Part shown: positions 46,716 to 60,125 of the stretch, piece by piece | Layout of the letters: every line of letters begins with the position of its first letter | Numbering within the stretch: position 1 is the stretch's first letter | NCBI RefSeq assembly: GCF_009834535.1 | Contig: NC_045696.1 | Location: forward strand, 120,468,001 to 120,532,000 | DNA: 64,000 nt | Reading direction: 5' to 3' | DNA from: Camelus ferus | Lineage: Eukaryota | Program-made: the position numbers and the translations under genes | The notes under the pieces: model-generated | What the model was told of the DNA's origin: nothing | Database searches by the model: none | Seen by the model: only the letters and a program-made list of their open reading frames with translations

Positions 46716-48317
46716 TCCCTCTACATGGCCTAACCTCTGGTTACCTGCTACCCAAGAATATCTTTATTTGCTTAGCTGTTTGTCTTCCCTTCTAGATGGC
46801 CAGCTCTGTGAAGGCCAGGACTTTGTCTTGCTTATATCATATCCCGGAGTCCAGAATCACAGGCTGCCTGACACAGTCAGGCTCAACACTCATTTGATAA
46901 GGAATCAGTCAGTAACTGAATGAATGAGTCACAGTTGGGACTTGTGCTCTGGGAATCCATTACTTTGTGTCCATTAATTCAGCTGGGCCAGTGGCCCAGC
47001 ACTCAAGTAGATCTGTCCATCATCAAAAATTTTAAGAAGCTATTTGCATGAACTTGTATCTCATGTACACAGTATTTTAAAGTGTATTAATTACTGCTCA
47101 TGAAGAGATTTGTTCCTAATGTTGATGAATGTGCTCCTTCAAAAAGCCTGAAAACTTAGTTTCCTGTAGGACTAAATGGATGAAAAGGAACTCTTTGGCA
47201 TTCACATCTTTGAATCATTAAAAGCTTGTTGGCACAGCAAATTGGGATTGGAAAAAAAAATCAGTGCCAAAGGAAATATATATGTGGTGATTATCTCATC
47301 GGTTTATATGAGATACTGAGATGTGGATGGGTTGAAATCCAAAGAGCTTGATAATTCCCTTCCTGTAGAATCGAAAATTGTATCCAAGTGGCTATTACTC
47401 AAATAAGTTACTTCATTTGCCCTCCAGTAGACTTCTATGGATGAGTTCCCTTTAATCTCGCCTTGGCAAGACTGGTCACAGTCATGAATCATTCACCCTC
47501 TTGGCATCAGCAGACGTGGTCAGAAGGCACCACCTCTCCCTAGTCTAGCTCTTCCATTTGTTGGGCTGGAAAGCATGGCTTGCTTTCTTGGCTTGCTTTT
47601 CTTGAAGTACCCTAGTCAACACCGTGAAAGGGCCATTTCAAAGATGGGTAGAATTTTTTCTGCTCAGGATGTGATGAATTAGATCTCAGAGTGGTTGTTT
47701 TCAGAGGAAAGCTGTGAAGACAAACACAGTTAGATAGAGGAGAGAGTGTGGCTCTTTATTGGCTCTATAAATCCACTGACATGGGCTTCATGACGTCTCA
47801 CAGCACAAAGACCAACGTCTTGGATGCAATTACTGAGTGTTTTCTAATCACAGGCTTTAAAGTTTCCCTTAGGGTATACATTTGGGGAAAAGGATGTGAT
47901 TTCTGTTGACAGTGTTCTGAAGACTTGCTAACTTGTACATCGTTGGGGCATTCTGGGGAAATCAAACGTGTGCTAACCCAGCCATGGATAGAGCTATAAT
48001 ATAAAAAGAATACAGTCCGTAGCACAATGAAAAAGAAGAAAAAACTTTGAAAGGAATAGCATATTCTTTTATAACTCCCTTTGGTCCCTTTATGTTTGGT
48101 TTATGGTAAAGTCCTCTACTAATGTAACCAATGCTTAGAAAAGAAATGGAAAATTAAACACAAAAATACTAATTCCAGTGAGAGCTGGAATTATTCTTTC
48201 CATACTTAGATTTTTCAGTAAGATAATCACTAGCATCATAGGAAATATCAAGGAAGGTTGAAATTATCCAGTGCAAACTTGGAATACAAAATAGAATTTG
48301 TTGCCGTTTTTACAAAG

Positions 48318-48570
48318 CACAGCATAGTGGTCCAGGGCATGAGAGTCTGGAGCCAGGCTGCCTGGGTTGGATTGCCAGCTTTGGATCTTCCTAGCTGTGT
48401 GGCCTTGTGTAATTTACTTAACCTCTCTATGCCTCAATTTTTCCTGCTATAAAATAAGAGCAGTCATAGTAGCTACCACATTGAATTGTTGTGAAAATTA
48501 AATGGTTTACTATATGGAGGTGCTTTGAACAGTGCCTAAATTTAATAAGCATTACATAAATGTTGATTAT
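48318..48570 (+). mobile_element. MIR
   Basis: agcatagtgg...tctggagccaggctgcctgggtt...tagctgtgtggccttg...ttacttaacctctctatgcctcaattttcc. Confidence 0.8.
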
Positions 48571-50257
48571 TACTATACAGCATCAACTGCACCTAAATTA
48601 ACAGGGGCATTTTATGCCAAAAGCATGCTAATGCCAATCCAAGGAAGGCCATAATAGTAGTCAGAAGATAACAGTGTATAATCTGTATTATAGTCATTGA
48701 ATTTCATTATTCTGCATGATCTCGGTTGGATGACCCATCAACCATTCCTTTTATTCACTTGGCAAACACTCACTGAGTGCTTCATGTGTGTAAAGTAAAA
48801 GGATGAATCAAATACAAAGTCTAGCCTCAAGGGCTCCCATTCTCGTAAAGGAGACTCATGCAAACAATTGCGCTGTGACATGTGCTAAATGTCAGAATAG
48901 AATTATGCCCAAGGTAGGGTGGTGGGAGAAAGGATGGAGTTAAAAAAGAGGAGGCAGTATGGCTTAGCTTTTGCAGATTAAGGAGATGTTTTCCAGATGA
49001 CCAAGGGAAAGGAGCCAGGTTATATAAAGAGAGATCACGGCGAGTTTAGGGAACCATAAATGGTTCAGTATGGACGGATTGTACGGTCCGTGAAGAAGGA
49101 TCAGAAGCTGAGGTTAGGGGCTGTCTCACAGACTGGCGCTGTCCAGGCCAGCATCTCCTCATGTGTCTTGGGGTCGTTCTTGTATTAGCCCACTCCTTGC
49201 TGACCTCTTGATCTTTATTTTCTCAGACTTAGCTCATATCTCTTACACAAGCTAAGTGTTTAATCTCCTTGGGGGGTTGCATTCCAGCCGGATAGTTGCT
49301 AGTTCTGTGTAGACTGGGTTTCCTCCCCAATGAGAATAATAAGATACAAGATTCCCACACCTCTTGCCCCTGCCCTGCCCTGTCCCGTCCAAGGTCATGT
49401 TGTCCTTGGCAGTGCTCTAACCATTTACCCCAAACTCCTAGTGCAATCCCTTCTGATAAGATGCTAGCCAAAGACAATTTTTAAAAACATTTACACTCCA
49501 AGCATCTCTTCACAAGGACTCTGTGGTGGTCTCACCGTGAACATGATCCCCAACCCAAGTTCCCATGTGAGAGGTTAAATCTGGCCCCAGCCTCCTGCGT
49601 CAAGTCTGGAGATGCACATTTTTTAAAACTCCAATCTCAGCTGGTGGGTGGATGGCAAGAGTTTCAGAATCCTGTCCCAGACGTGGGCCTCGGAACAGCA
49701 GACGTACTTGGCTGACAGCTCAGAGTCAGAGTCGGGTTTAAGTCCCACCTTCTCATTAACCGAGTGGTTTGTGGGTAAACGCTTTGAGAGTCTGTTTGTG
49801 ACTGGTAAGCTGGTGTTAATGATAGGTATCTCATTGTGTTGTGGAAGGACTAAGCAGTCTCTCTATATAAATATATACCCCTCAGCACACAGCCTTGCAC
49901 AAAATAAATTATTCTATAAATGGCCGCCATTACAACAAAGCCAGTGGTGACTGGCCCTCTGGCTAGCGCCCTTCCCCTTTAAATGCTCTAAGTGTCTCTC
50001 TACACTCTACTGCTCCTCTTAATATCAGAGCAAGGTACATTTTTGACTCTTTGACATCTTGGGGGTTGCAGGGAATTTTTCTTCTTTTGTTCAGGTACAG
50101 GGTCCCTTTTACAAACGGCAGTGTTTGAGTAGGTCATGTATCTGAGGAAGAGTTCACTGGAGCTTGAGTCCCATTCAGACAGTCACAACCCCTAGTCTGG
50201 TACTTGTATGACCCTGCCCAGGAAACTGAATCAGGTTTTCTTTCTTTTTTAAAAAAT

Positions 50258-50765
50258 AAACTTTATTTTTTAGGGCGGTTTCAGGTTCACAACAAAATTG
50301 AGCAGAGAATGCAGAGAGTTCGCACATAGCCCTCCCCACCCACACGTATATACTCCCCTGCCCTCAACATCCCTCATCAGGGTGGCATATTTGGTACAAT
50401 CGATGAACCAACATGGGCACGTTATTATCAACCAAAGTCCACAGTTTACATTAGGGTTCACTCTTGATGTTGTACATTCTACAGGCTTTGACAAATGCAT
50501 AATGACATGTAGCCACCACTATAGTATCATACAGAATACTTTCATTGCCCTAAAAATCCCTTATGCTCCACCTGTTCATCCCTCCCTCCCTCCCTCCCTC
50601 CCTCCCTCTCCCCAAAGCCCTGGAAACCACGATCTTTTTATTGTTTCTGTAGCTGTGCCTTTTCCAGAAGGTCATTTGGTTGGAGTCGTACAGTTTCAGA
50701 CTGGCTTCTTGCATTTAGTAATATGTCTTTTAAGTTTCTTACATGTCTTTCATGGCTTGATAGAC
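50258..50765 (-). mobile_element. Old L1M (L1MB/MC-like) 3'UTR
   Basis: aggttcacaacaaaattgagcaga...agtccacagtttacattagggttcactcttg-tgttgtacattct...gccctaaaaatcc. Confidence 0.75.
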
Positions 50766-51199
50766 TTTTTTTTTTTACTGCACACATATTTTTAAATTTA
50801 CGTATATGTACTGCTCATCGTTTCTACGCACAGTCAGGTTTTCTAATGTTCTAGTGCCAAGGCTATCTGCATCCGTCCATCCATCCATCCATCCATCCAT
50901 CCAAGAATTCATGTATTTTGGAAGGCCTTCAAGCAGGTTGATGTCTTATTGCGCCTGTGTGTGCTTCAGGGGACTACACATGAAGTCATCTCTCAGAAAT
51001 GACCTTCATAGAGCTCATTATGTCTGAAGGAAGCATGAGAGTGAGCTCTTAAGTGAGACTTCTGGCTTACCCCTTATTGTCAAGGACGTTAAAATCTCTC
51101 TACTTCACCCTTCAATGAAGTTCATGAAAATTTCACATGGAAAAACCAATAAATTAAACACATGATTTCACCCCTCTTGGGGACCATTCCTGGATAGGT

Positions 51200-52500
51200 G
51201 GATGGATGGATAGAGGAATGGATGGATGGATTGATCACTTCCAGGTACAATCCTAAGTTCTGGAGAGATGAAGGCAGTAAGATGTGCCACTTCCTTCAAG
51301 GAGCATACAGGCTGGTATCTAGTGGGTGAGACAGAGAAATAAATGGACAGCCACATGCAGAGTAGAGGAATCTGTGGGACAGTGATGAGACCCAGCATTC
51401 CAGGGGGTTCGGGTGTTCTTGAAACAGTGACGCTGAAAGTAAGGTTTTCAGGATGGGGAGAATCTGCCTCTCCCGAGACAGGAAAATGGAAGAGCCAAGG
51501 GAACAACTTACATAAGTGGGGAGGCGTAAGACAGCGAGGAATATTTGGGGGCTTCAGGTGGTTTGATGAGCATGACCATAGCGTGACTGAAGCAGCCCCA
51601 GGTGACTGTGGAGGCATGTGACACCCACGTGTTCAGGTATTATTTCATAGCAATAAAAACCTTCCACTTCATTCTGAAAGCTACTCGGCATTCAGAATTT
51701 CAGACAAAGTAACAGCATCAGCCTGACATTTTAAATAGAAAGGAAAAATGGAAAGGAGAATGCATTAGAGGGAGGCCAGGCTATGGTCCGGAAAGCCGGG
51801 AGTTTCAGCAGAAATGCCAGCAGGTCCTGCAGGTAGGTGGTGGCCGTGGGAATGGAAGTGAGGTGGTTACAGGAACAGGGAAGGCTCTGCAGGGCTTGTA
51901 GCTGATCGACTTGGAGACGAGCTGGAGGGAAGGTGATGTTCTTAGGTTACTGGCTTGGGTTGCAGAGGAAGTAAAGGGTGGCCCCATTCCTCATGGAAAC
52001 AATATGGGACTGAGTGAGTTTGGGCAGTATGACTGTCTTTGGTAATGAATTCCCGTGAGATACCAAATAGTCATTTTAATATTTGAGTCCGTTGTTCAGT
52101 TGAGTGGTTCCAACTGGAGTCACATATTTAGGAATCATTTTAGAGGAGTGGTGTGTGAATCAGGGAAAGGGGATGTTGTGAAAATATAAGATCAGAGGGG
52201 CCTGGAGATTTAAGAGGCAAATAGAAGAAATGTCTTCAAAATTTACTGAGACGAGACTAAGGAGGGACCAGGAGGACCGTGGTGACTTGGCATTACAGAA
52301 GTTAATGGGAAAGTGTCAAAGAATATGTGATCAAATTCAAATAAGGTAAGAACTGAAAAAAAGTCAATTGGGTTAAACACGAAGGTCATGGGAGCTCCAT
52401 GCAGTGGGGGAGTGAAAGTTAGAAGAGAAAGGGTTAAGAGCTATGGAGAGTGAAGAAATGGAGACTCTTGTAAGATGAAGAAGGGAGGAGGGGATTGGAA
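51200..52500. mobile_element. Probable degraded L2 relic
   Basis: Purine-rich stretch starting with (tgga)n and showing L2-like phrasing; heavily diverged. Confidence 0.4.
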
Positions 52501-53678
52501 GCTTGGGGAAAGATCATTATCTTCCCTAGTAACCAAGGCGTTGTTCAGCTGTCTTTCCTATTAGGAAATTTTCAATGTCCAACTTATTACATTTTTAATT
52601 TTTCAAAAGATGAAAAGGTTAATGACCATTATTTCTGACTTAGTATCATGCTTATTACACAGATTTGGTTTATTTATTTTTAAATTATAGTAACCATGGC
52701 AAAAAGAAACGTGAAAATAATTTCAATCCACTGGTGTTTGGATTACTTACAAGTACCTGAGAACAGTGTAACCGAAAGAGGTTGGTTGCCACATGTCTGG
52801 ATCTCCCAGAGGAAAAACTCATCCCAAGAGTCAATAACATAGGAAGGCAGTGGGGCTGTCTCTGAATTGGGGTTTTTAAATGTGCAGCTCTAAAGCTGTC
52901 CCGGGAAAGCACGTTTTCTAGAATATTGGAGAGGCTTCTGCTATAGCAAATGGATTCTCCGTATTGATGCGTGGTACGTTTGTCCATTTGTTTAAATTTT
53001 GTTACTAGGTACTTCAGTAAAATCTTACAGCTTTCTTAAGTAGGTCTTCTATCTTGTTAAATTTAAGTAGTTTACAGTTTTTTTTTCTTTTCTTACTGGT
53101 ACATGGGAATTTATTTACATTTACTTTTCCAACTTAGCATTAGGAAAGGGAAATGATACCAGAATATTTATCGTGTACCACTTGAATATATTTTATTAAT
53201 GCTGATTATTTTTAGTAAAGTTTCTTGAGCTTCCTATTGTTCTAATCATGTCATTTGCAAATAAAGATAAGTTTACCTTCCACAATGACATCAACATGCT
53301 TCCTGCCAAAACAAGGAGCCAGGAAGGCTGCAGTTGAAGGCAAATGTCATTTGAAATGCCTTCTTAAAGCGGGAGACATTTCAGCACCATCTTCTCCGAC
53401 AGCAAAACAGGGAGAACCTAAAACCTCTTTGGAGGAGACGACTCGCGGGGGAAAAGCGAGCATTCCGGCAACAGCTGGCGTGGATCGCTTTATTAATTTC
53501 CTTTTGGTTACTGCTGTTTATTTGACAGCTGTGATACTGTTTTTTTCCAGAGCAGGAATCAATAAAACCACCCCTCTTTTCCCATCTGTGGTTCCTTTTC
53601 ATCTTAGAAGAGACACAGAGGGTTTAGAGGAAGGCTGCTTTATGTTCTGCTGCATTTGTCATCCTTGTTTTGTTTCAG

Positions 53679-53741
53679 GGGCTTCCAGGACCTGCGGGAG
53701 AGGCAGGGAGTCAAGGCCGATGGGGAAGCCAAGGAACTAAA
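53679..53741 (+). CDS. COL6A6: COL6A6 collagenous exon, 63 nt
   Basis: tttcag|GLPGPAGEAGSQGRWGSQGTK|gtaggt. Confidence 0.92.
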
Positions 53742-54321
53742 GTAGGTCACATTCTTTATACCCATGACAGCTGAAGTTTTGCCTCTCAAGGGAAGTGTGT
53801 CTGGTTGAATTAGCCAGAGCACTTTCAACACAGAGGAGAGCATACCTCATAGTCCCTATGCCCGGGCTTGATTCTTGGAGCGCCAGCAGCATCGAAGGGT
53901 GTGGGTGTGGACTGGGATGAGGTCAGGGATTCGAGCTCAGCATCCTCTCAGGAGGGCTCCACCCGATCTGAGCCGGGGGGGGGGGGGTCTCCGGGGAGGG
54001 GGACTGCTCCGGGGCAGGTCTGCCTTTCTCCCCCACTCCCTCCCGCCTTCTCTTATTCTTCCTTTCTTTCCCCCGCTCATACAAACCTTTGCTGAGCGCC
54101 TTTTAAGAAGAAGGTGCCCTGCTGGCATTCAGCTGGGCTGGAAAGTCGGCTCCAGGAGAGCAGGAATCCCTGTCAGTTTGCTCTCTCTGAATCCCTAGAG
54201 CTTAGAACAGTCCCTGGCACTGAGAAGCGCTCAGTAAACACTTGTTTAATGAAAGAATTTCTGGATTGTGTAATGATAAGGATGACATATAGAGTCAACC
54301 TCACAGAACTTAGAATATTTT

Positions 54322-54983
54322 AATTAATTAATTTTTATTGAAGTAGAGTTGATTTACAATGTTGTGTTAGTTTCTGGTGTACAGCACAGTGATATCTTCT
54401 TTTTCATATTCTTTTTCATGATAGGTTATTGCAAGACATTGAATACAATTCCCTGTGCTCTACAGGAGGGCCTTGTTGTTTATCTAGTTTACGTACAGTA
54501 GTATCTGCTGATCCCAAATTCCCAGTTTATCCCTCTCTCCATCCTTTCCCCTTTGGAAACATAAGTTTGATTTCTATGTCTGAGTCTATTTCTGTTTTGC
54601 AGATAAGTTTATTTGTATTATTATTTTAGATTCCACATATAAGTGATACATAATTCTCTTTCTCCGTCGTGCACTTAGTATGACAATCTCCAGGTCCATG
54701 TTGCTGCAAATGGCATTATTTTATTCTTTTTTATGTCTGAGTAGCATTCTGTTGTGCATATATTATTACATCTTCTTCATCCAGTCACCTGTTGATGGAC
54801 ATTTAGGCTGTTTCCATGTCTTGGCTGTTGTAAATACTGCTGCTATGAACACTGGGGTGCAGGTGTCTTTTTTGAGTTAGGGTTCCTTCTGGATATATGC
54901 CCAGGAGTGGGATTCCTGGGTCATATGGTAAGTCTATTTTTAGTTTTTTAAGGAACCTCCATACCATTTTACACAGTGGCTGC
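54322..54983 (-). mobile_element. 5'-truncated L1 with TSD
   Basis: L1 3'UTR plus ORF2 end (...tggatatatgcccaggagtggga...cagtggctgc); flanked by tagaatatttt at 54311-54321 and 54984-54994. Confidence 0.88.
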
Positions 54984-57770
54984 TAGAATATTTTCAAGAC
55001 ACTAGCCTATGACGTAAAGCACAAGTTGGGGTGAGGAACTGAAGAGGAGATTTAAACGCAGTTTTAATAGGAGTGTCTGTGGGCTGGAGGAAGAGCCATC
55101 ATAAGGGTGCAGACTTCACATGGACTTAGAAGATGAGAAGCACTGGATGAGCAGAGAGGGGACATTTCATGTGGAAGAAGAGTGAAGGAAAGCACAGGGT
55201 TGGGAAAATCCCGTTAATCGTTTTTAGGGGGATGAAAAATGGTCCTGTCTGAGGGGCACAGAGAAAACAAGAAGGTGGGTGGTGACTGACTTGACTAGGT
55301 AGCCAGGACGGTGTTAACTACAATTTGTGATTGGAGTGTATGGACACAGCCAGACATTGGAAGACTTCAAATAGGCAGCTCATTGTGGAGGTCATCTGAA
55401 GGCTGAGAGAGTGGAGGCGGGCTGGCGTGCTCTCACGGTCTCCAACACAAGTGATGATTGCATGACGTAACAGGGCGTGGGCAGGAGGGGCTTGTGATGG
55501 TTAGGAGTCTTCAAGGATGAAGCTGAGGCAGAAGAGTCTAGACGAGCCGTGGGCTTCCAGCAGGAGCGGTCACACCATCACAGAAGTGGGAAAGTCAGGA
55601 GGAGAGCGGGGATGAGAGTGAAGAAATCACTTGGTTTCAGGGACAGAGGACAGGGTCTAGGGCTGGTTGGGGATGCCTGTTTCAGAATCGTTTGGATTTC
55701 AAAAAAAGACTCTTGGGGACGACTCTTTGTAAGAAGGGTAAGAGGAAACAGACGATGAATTATTAGAAAGAGGGGGAGAGGCAGAAAAGCACACCGGATG
55801 CTGAGAAAGAGGGTTCAAGGAGCAAGGAAGAGTCAAGTCCCAGGTAACAGAGGGCAGTGCTAGGATGCTCCAAGGAATGGATTCCAAAACGTAGCAGCCG
55901 ACCAGCTGCAAGGGACTGAACAGTGTGTTCCGGAGGAAGAAATGGTTATGGGGCTGAAAGCTACTCTTTGAAGAGACTGGGCTTTAGAGGCGACAGAGAC
56001 GGCGTTGGCTGCTAGTACCAGCAAGGTCTAGGACAGATCGGAGCGGGGTATGTGTTTGCTTTCAGTGATCCCAGAGACACTAGCATGTTGATGAACAGAG
56101 AGAAGAAAAACAGAAAGGAGGAGGTTGAAGATGTGGGAAAGAGTGGATAAGTAATGGAGAAACTTGACACCGAGGATGAGACCAAGGGCAGAAGAAGGGA
56201 GACTTGCTTTGTCATGATGGAGAGCTGCCGAGAAGGCTGGCATTGGTGGAGGCAGCAACGGAGTGTTACAAAGGCAGTTGACTGCAGGGTGAAATGAGGT
56301 CCACAGATGACAAGGATAATCAGCTCCCAGAGGAAGGGGTTACTGGAACAGGAGGTGTAGCTCTGATGGTCTGGAAAGGAGAGTTTGGAACCCATGCGGT
56401 CCTACCTTGCCCCGGAGAAGGCTGCAGGGCAGGAGAGTCGCTGGTAAGAACCAAGTTTAGCTCCCAGTGAGCAAGGGTGTGGGTGAGTGCAGGTCTCAGG
56501 GATGTGGAGAGAAGGTTTGAAGGTGCACTGACGGCGCTCCACGGAGTATGATGGAAGGGACCAAGAGATGGGTAGCCGGGGATGTAGGGACCCTAGAGCT
56601 GGTGTCGGTGAGCGTGTGGAAGGAGGTGGAGGTGAGCGGGGGAGCGGTGGCAGGGAAGATCATTATTAATAAGAGGGACTTGAGAATGGGAGGGGGCAAG
56701 AATTGGGGAGGTAAGTGCCCTCAAAGCAAACCCAAAGCCCCTGGGCAGCCCCAAGATGTCCCAAGTCCTCTAGACCCCAGCACTTACTCCAACCTTTCTC
56801 CATTAAGTTCCCAGGGAGCAGGCTCAGTGCCTAGCTGTAACCCGTAACAAAATGTTTGACCCTGGACAAGCCATACGACTTACCTTGTCTCCCTACCTTA
56901 AAGCAGATGCTCTCAGGTTTCAGTGCGCCCAAGAACCCACTGAGAAGCTGGTGTACAAAGGCATATCCTAGGGCCCCACTGCCAGAGACTGATACCCAAT
57001 GGGGTCCAGGAATTTCCTTTTGCATGTGGACCCCAGGTCCCTGGGAGGCAGGTGGCCCCAGAGCACACTTCAGGGCTTCCCTTCCATGGAACCCTATTCG
57101 ATTTCACGCCCAGGCTCAGTGCTGGTGGACCTTTGTCCATCTGGACATCTCACGCGGACCATGCTGCCTTTCTATCCTTAATGGGTTAACCACCCCCACT
57201 CCTTAAGTGTGGGCTGAGCCCTCTTCCACACACTTTCCCCCAAAGAGTGCATTATGGAAAGGGCAGGAGGGGACAGACAGTGGAGAAACTTGACCAGTCC
57301 TCCCTCAAGAGGATGGTCAAGGTTACCATCGGTAGTGACAGCCACGTTACTAGCACATACTGTTGGTACGATGTGGTGACAAGGGCGCTTCCCTGCTGGG
57401 GTCATATCTCCCCAAAGTCATAAAACCCCACGTGATGATGAGGAAAACATCACACAATCTCCAACTGAGGTGTCCTCTACAGCATACCTGACTGGTACTC
57501 CTCAAAACTGTCCAGGCCATCAAAAATCTGAGAAACTGTCACAATCCAGAGACGGCTAAGGAAACGTGACATTGGTATCACAGATGGGATCCTGGGACAG
57601 GCAAAGGCATTAGGTAAAAACTAAGGACATCTGAATGAAGTGGGGGCTTTACTTAATAAGAATGAGTCGGTATTCGTGTACTTGTTGTGGCTACTGGTGT
57701 AATTAGTGTCATATCAACCATAGAGGAGTGTGTGGGAACTGTCCACTGTCTTCGCAACGCTGCTGCAGGA

Positions 57771-57870
57771 GGTAGGGGTAAGGCGCAGTAGCAGAGTGCA
57801 TGCTTAGCACACACAAGGACACAAGGTCCTGGGTTCAACCCCCAGCACCGCCATTTAAAAAAAAAAAAAA
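57771..57870 (+). mobile_element. tRNA-derived SINE (Vic-1-like, short tail) followed by an L1 3' end (about 57875-58020)
   Basis: gagtgcatgcttagc...ggtcctgggttcaaccccc...poly(A); contains an 8-nt duplication acacaagg. Confidence 0.8.
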
Positions 57871-58655
57871 CTGTATTCAATTTCTTGTAATGAGCTGTAA
57901 TGGAAAAGAATCTGAAAAAAATATATATTTATATATATGTTTATAACTGAATCCCTTTGCTATATACTTGAAACTGACATTGTAAATCAATGACACTTCA
58001 ATAAAAATGACATTTAAAAATTTTTTTTAATTTGTTGTAAATTTAAAATCTAAACTTTTTTAAAGGTTTTCTTTTTCTTTTTTTTTTTTTTTTTAAGAAG
58101 AGGAGTAAGCCTTCTTTTGTAGACCTGTATTAGCTTTCCCAGGTAGCTGGCTTCCCTCAACAGAATGCTGGGGTTGCTTTATGACCCACAGTAGGTGGCT
58201 CCTGGTCAGAAGCCAGGCCAGGGATGGCTTGCTACCTTGGTTATCTTGATTGACACATAAAACCTTAAAACTAGGTGACTAAGTCTGTTTCTGCAGCAGT
58301 CAGATGAGCTGCCTAGATCACCATGGAAAACAGTTGCGTTAACTTTTTGAAACAGCACGGCTCCCCCCCTTACTCATGGTGAGACATTTCCAAGGGCGCG
58401 GCCCCGGCCCCGAGCTCGCCCTGAGAGGGCAGCCTGCGCCGAGTAGGTCGGCAGACCCTCTGGGGCTTCGTCCTTCAGCGGAGGAGCCTTGCTCGCCAGC
58501 CACAGCAGCTCATCTCGTGTTGCTTGGCCAGCTCACAGTCCTGGCCACAGGCCCGCCGTCGCTGTGACACAGGGATGCAGTTGAAAAGTCTTGTCGGCTA
58601 ATGTCCTTTGCACGAACAACCTAACGAGGACGCGTTCTGCTGTACTCTTTGACAG

Positions 58656-58718
58656 GGGGAGCCCGGTGACCTGGGAGAAAAGGGAGCCACTGGCCTTCGG
58701 GGACCTCGAGGCGCTGCG
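58656..58718 (+). CDS. COL6A6: COL6A6 collagenous exon, 63 nt
   Basis: tgacag|GEPGDLGEKGATGLRGPRGAA|gttcgt (weak donor). Confidence 0.88.
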
Positions 58719-59497
58719 GTTCGTGTTCTATCACTGCTTTTGATCTGGTTCTTGGACTCTTAGTTCAGCAGATACCAGGTGTGGTCTCTGAAGAGAGCGT
58801 CGGAGAGAGCGTCCCAGTCAAGTTGTATCGCTTTCTAGAAACTGAGCTATTCCTCCCATCCTGGCCAGCTTTTCCACGGTGGTGTCTCACCTGGCACCAA
58901 ACATCCTAACCAGATGCACTTGAAGCCAAGTGATAAAGTGGGCAAAACGTGTCTTTAGCATCCCCGCAACCCTCCTCCCACCCTTTCCTCCCACCTGAAC
59001 CTGTTCGTTGGAAACCCAGCCCGCCCTTCATCAGGGCCCAGGGCTTCCCTTAAGGCGCTGTGCAAGGCTCGGGGCCCAGCAGTCAGCCCCGACGCCCAGG
59101 CGTGGAGGACGCCTCCCTTGTATCTAGCAAACTGCAAACGGGTCAGAGCGAAGGTATTAAAGTACAAACGTTGTCCAGGAGAGAGAACACCACCGCCTCC
59201 TTTTATGAGGATTACTATATACCTGGAACTTCCACATTCCATCCTCCTAACACCAGGAGCAGGGGAATTACTACTGCTCTTTGACAGATGAGACTAAGAG
59301 ATGGTGCATTATCTGTATCTGGTATTGAGGGTTTTCTTTAGTGTCATGGTCACCGGATGTCAGTGCCCTGCCCCAGAGGGAGAATCCTGGTGTCTAATTT
59401 TTCCTAATCAGACCGAAGAACTGGCGCTCTACTCTCGTGGGTAAGCCTGCCTCTGTCTGTAGTCAGGAGCGTTTGTAAATAATTGCCTTGTTTACAG

Positions 59498-59548
59498 GGC
59501 GGTGATGGCGGCCCGGGTTATGGCAGCATCGGCAGTAAAGGAGCAAAG
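59498..59548 (+). CDS. COL6A6: COL6A6 collagenous exon, 51 nt (G-Y-G interruption)
   Basis: ttacag|GGDGGP-GY-GSIGSKGAK|gtaaga. Confidence 0.9.
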
Positions 59549-59989
59549 GTAAGACACGGTGACAGGAAGCAGGACGTTTTCCTTTTCTTTTTTGTTGCTT
59601 TTGGGGAGGGGGCCACATTTAAGAGAAAAAAAGCAGTGAATAAGGTAGTCCTGGACCTTTACAGCTAGATTTCGATCATTGATTTGCTGGGATCTCATAA
59701 GGAATACAGTAGAAGAAAAAACAGCTTGATGGTTTCAGGTGCAGGCAACAATCGAAACTTGAAATTAATTTTCTGTTCTTTGCAGAGATGTGCGGCCAGG
59801 GCCTGGCTGGTTCCAGCCTCAGCAGTGCATCCAATCTTAGAAGCTCTGTACTCGAGGGGAGCATTCCAGAATTTGCCCTCCTCTTACGATGTTTACTTTC
59901 ACCATCACTGAGAAGCTTTATGGGCATTAGGCCAAGCCGTAACTTCAAAATTCAACCTTTTGACCTTCTGCCAGAATTATAATTTTATA

Positions 59990-60125
59990 GCAGGGAGTGT
60001 ACAGCTCAGTGGCAGAGCGTGTGCTTAGCGTGCACGGGGTCCTGGGTTCAATCCCCTGTGTCTCCATTAAAATAAGTAAATAAACCTAATTACCTCCACC
60101 ACCCCCAAAAAATTAAAATTAAAAA
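59990..60125 (+). mobile_element. tRNA-derived SINE (Vic-1-like)
   Basis: agctcagtggcagagcgtgtgcttagc...gggttcaatcccc...aaacctaattacc. Confidence 0.88.

Noticed and set aside
46049..58655. Possible missing helix exons or pseudogenisation in the long introns
   Set aside because: The Gly-X-Y register is continuous across the exons found. The 306 helix residues leave about 30 for exons beyond the window, consistent with the ~335-residue collagen VI helix.
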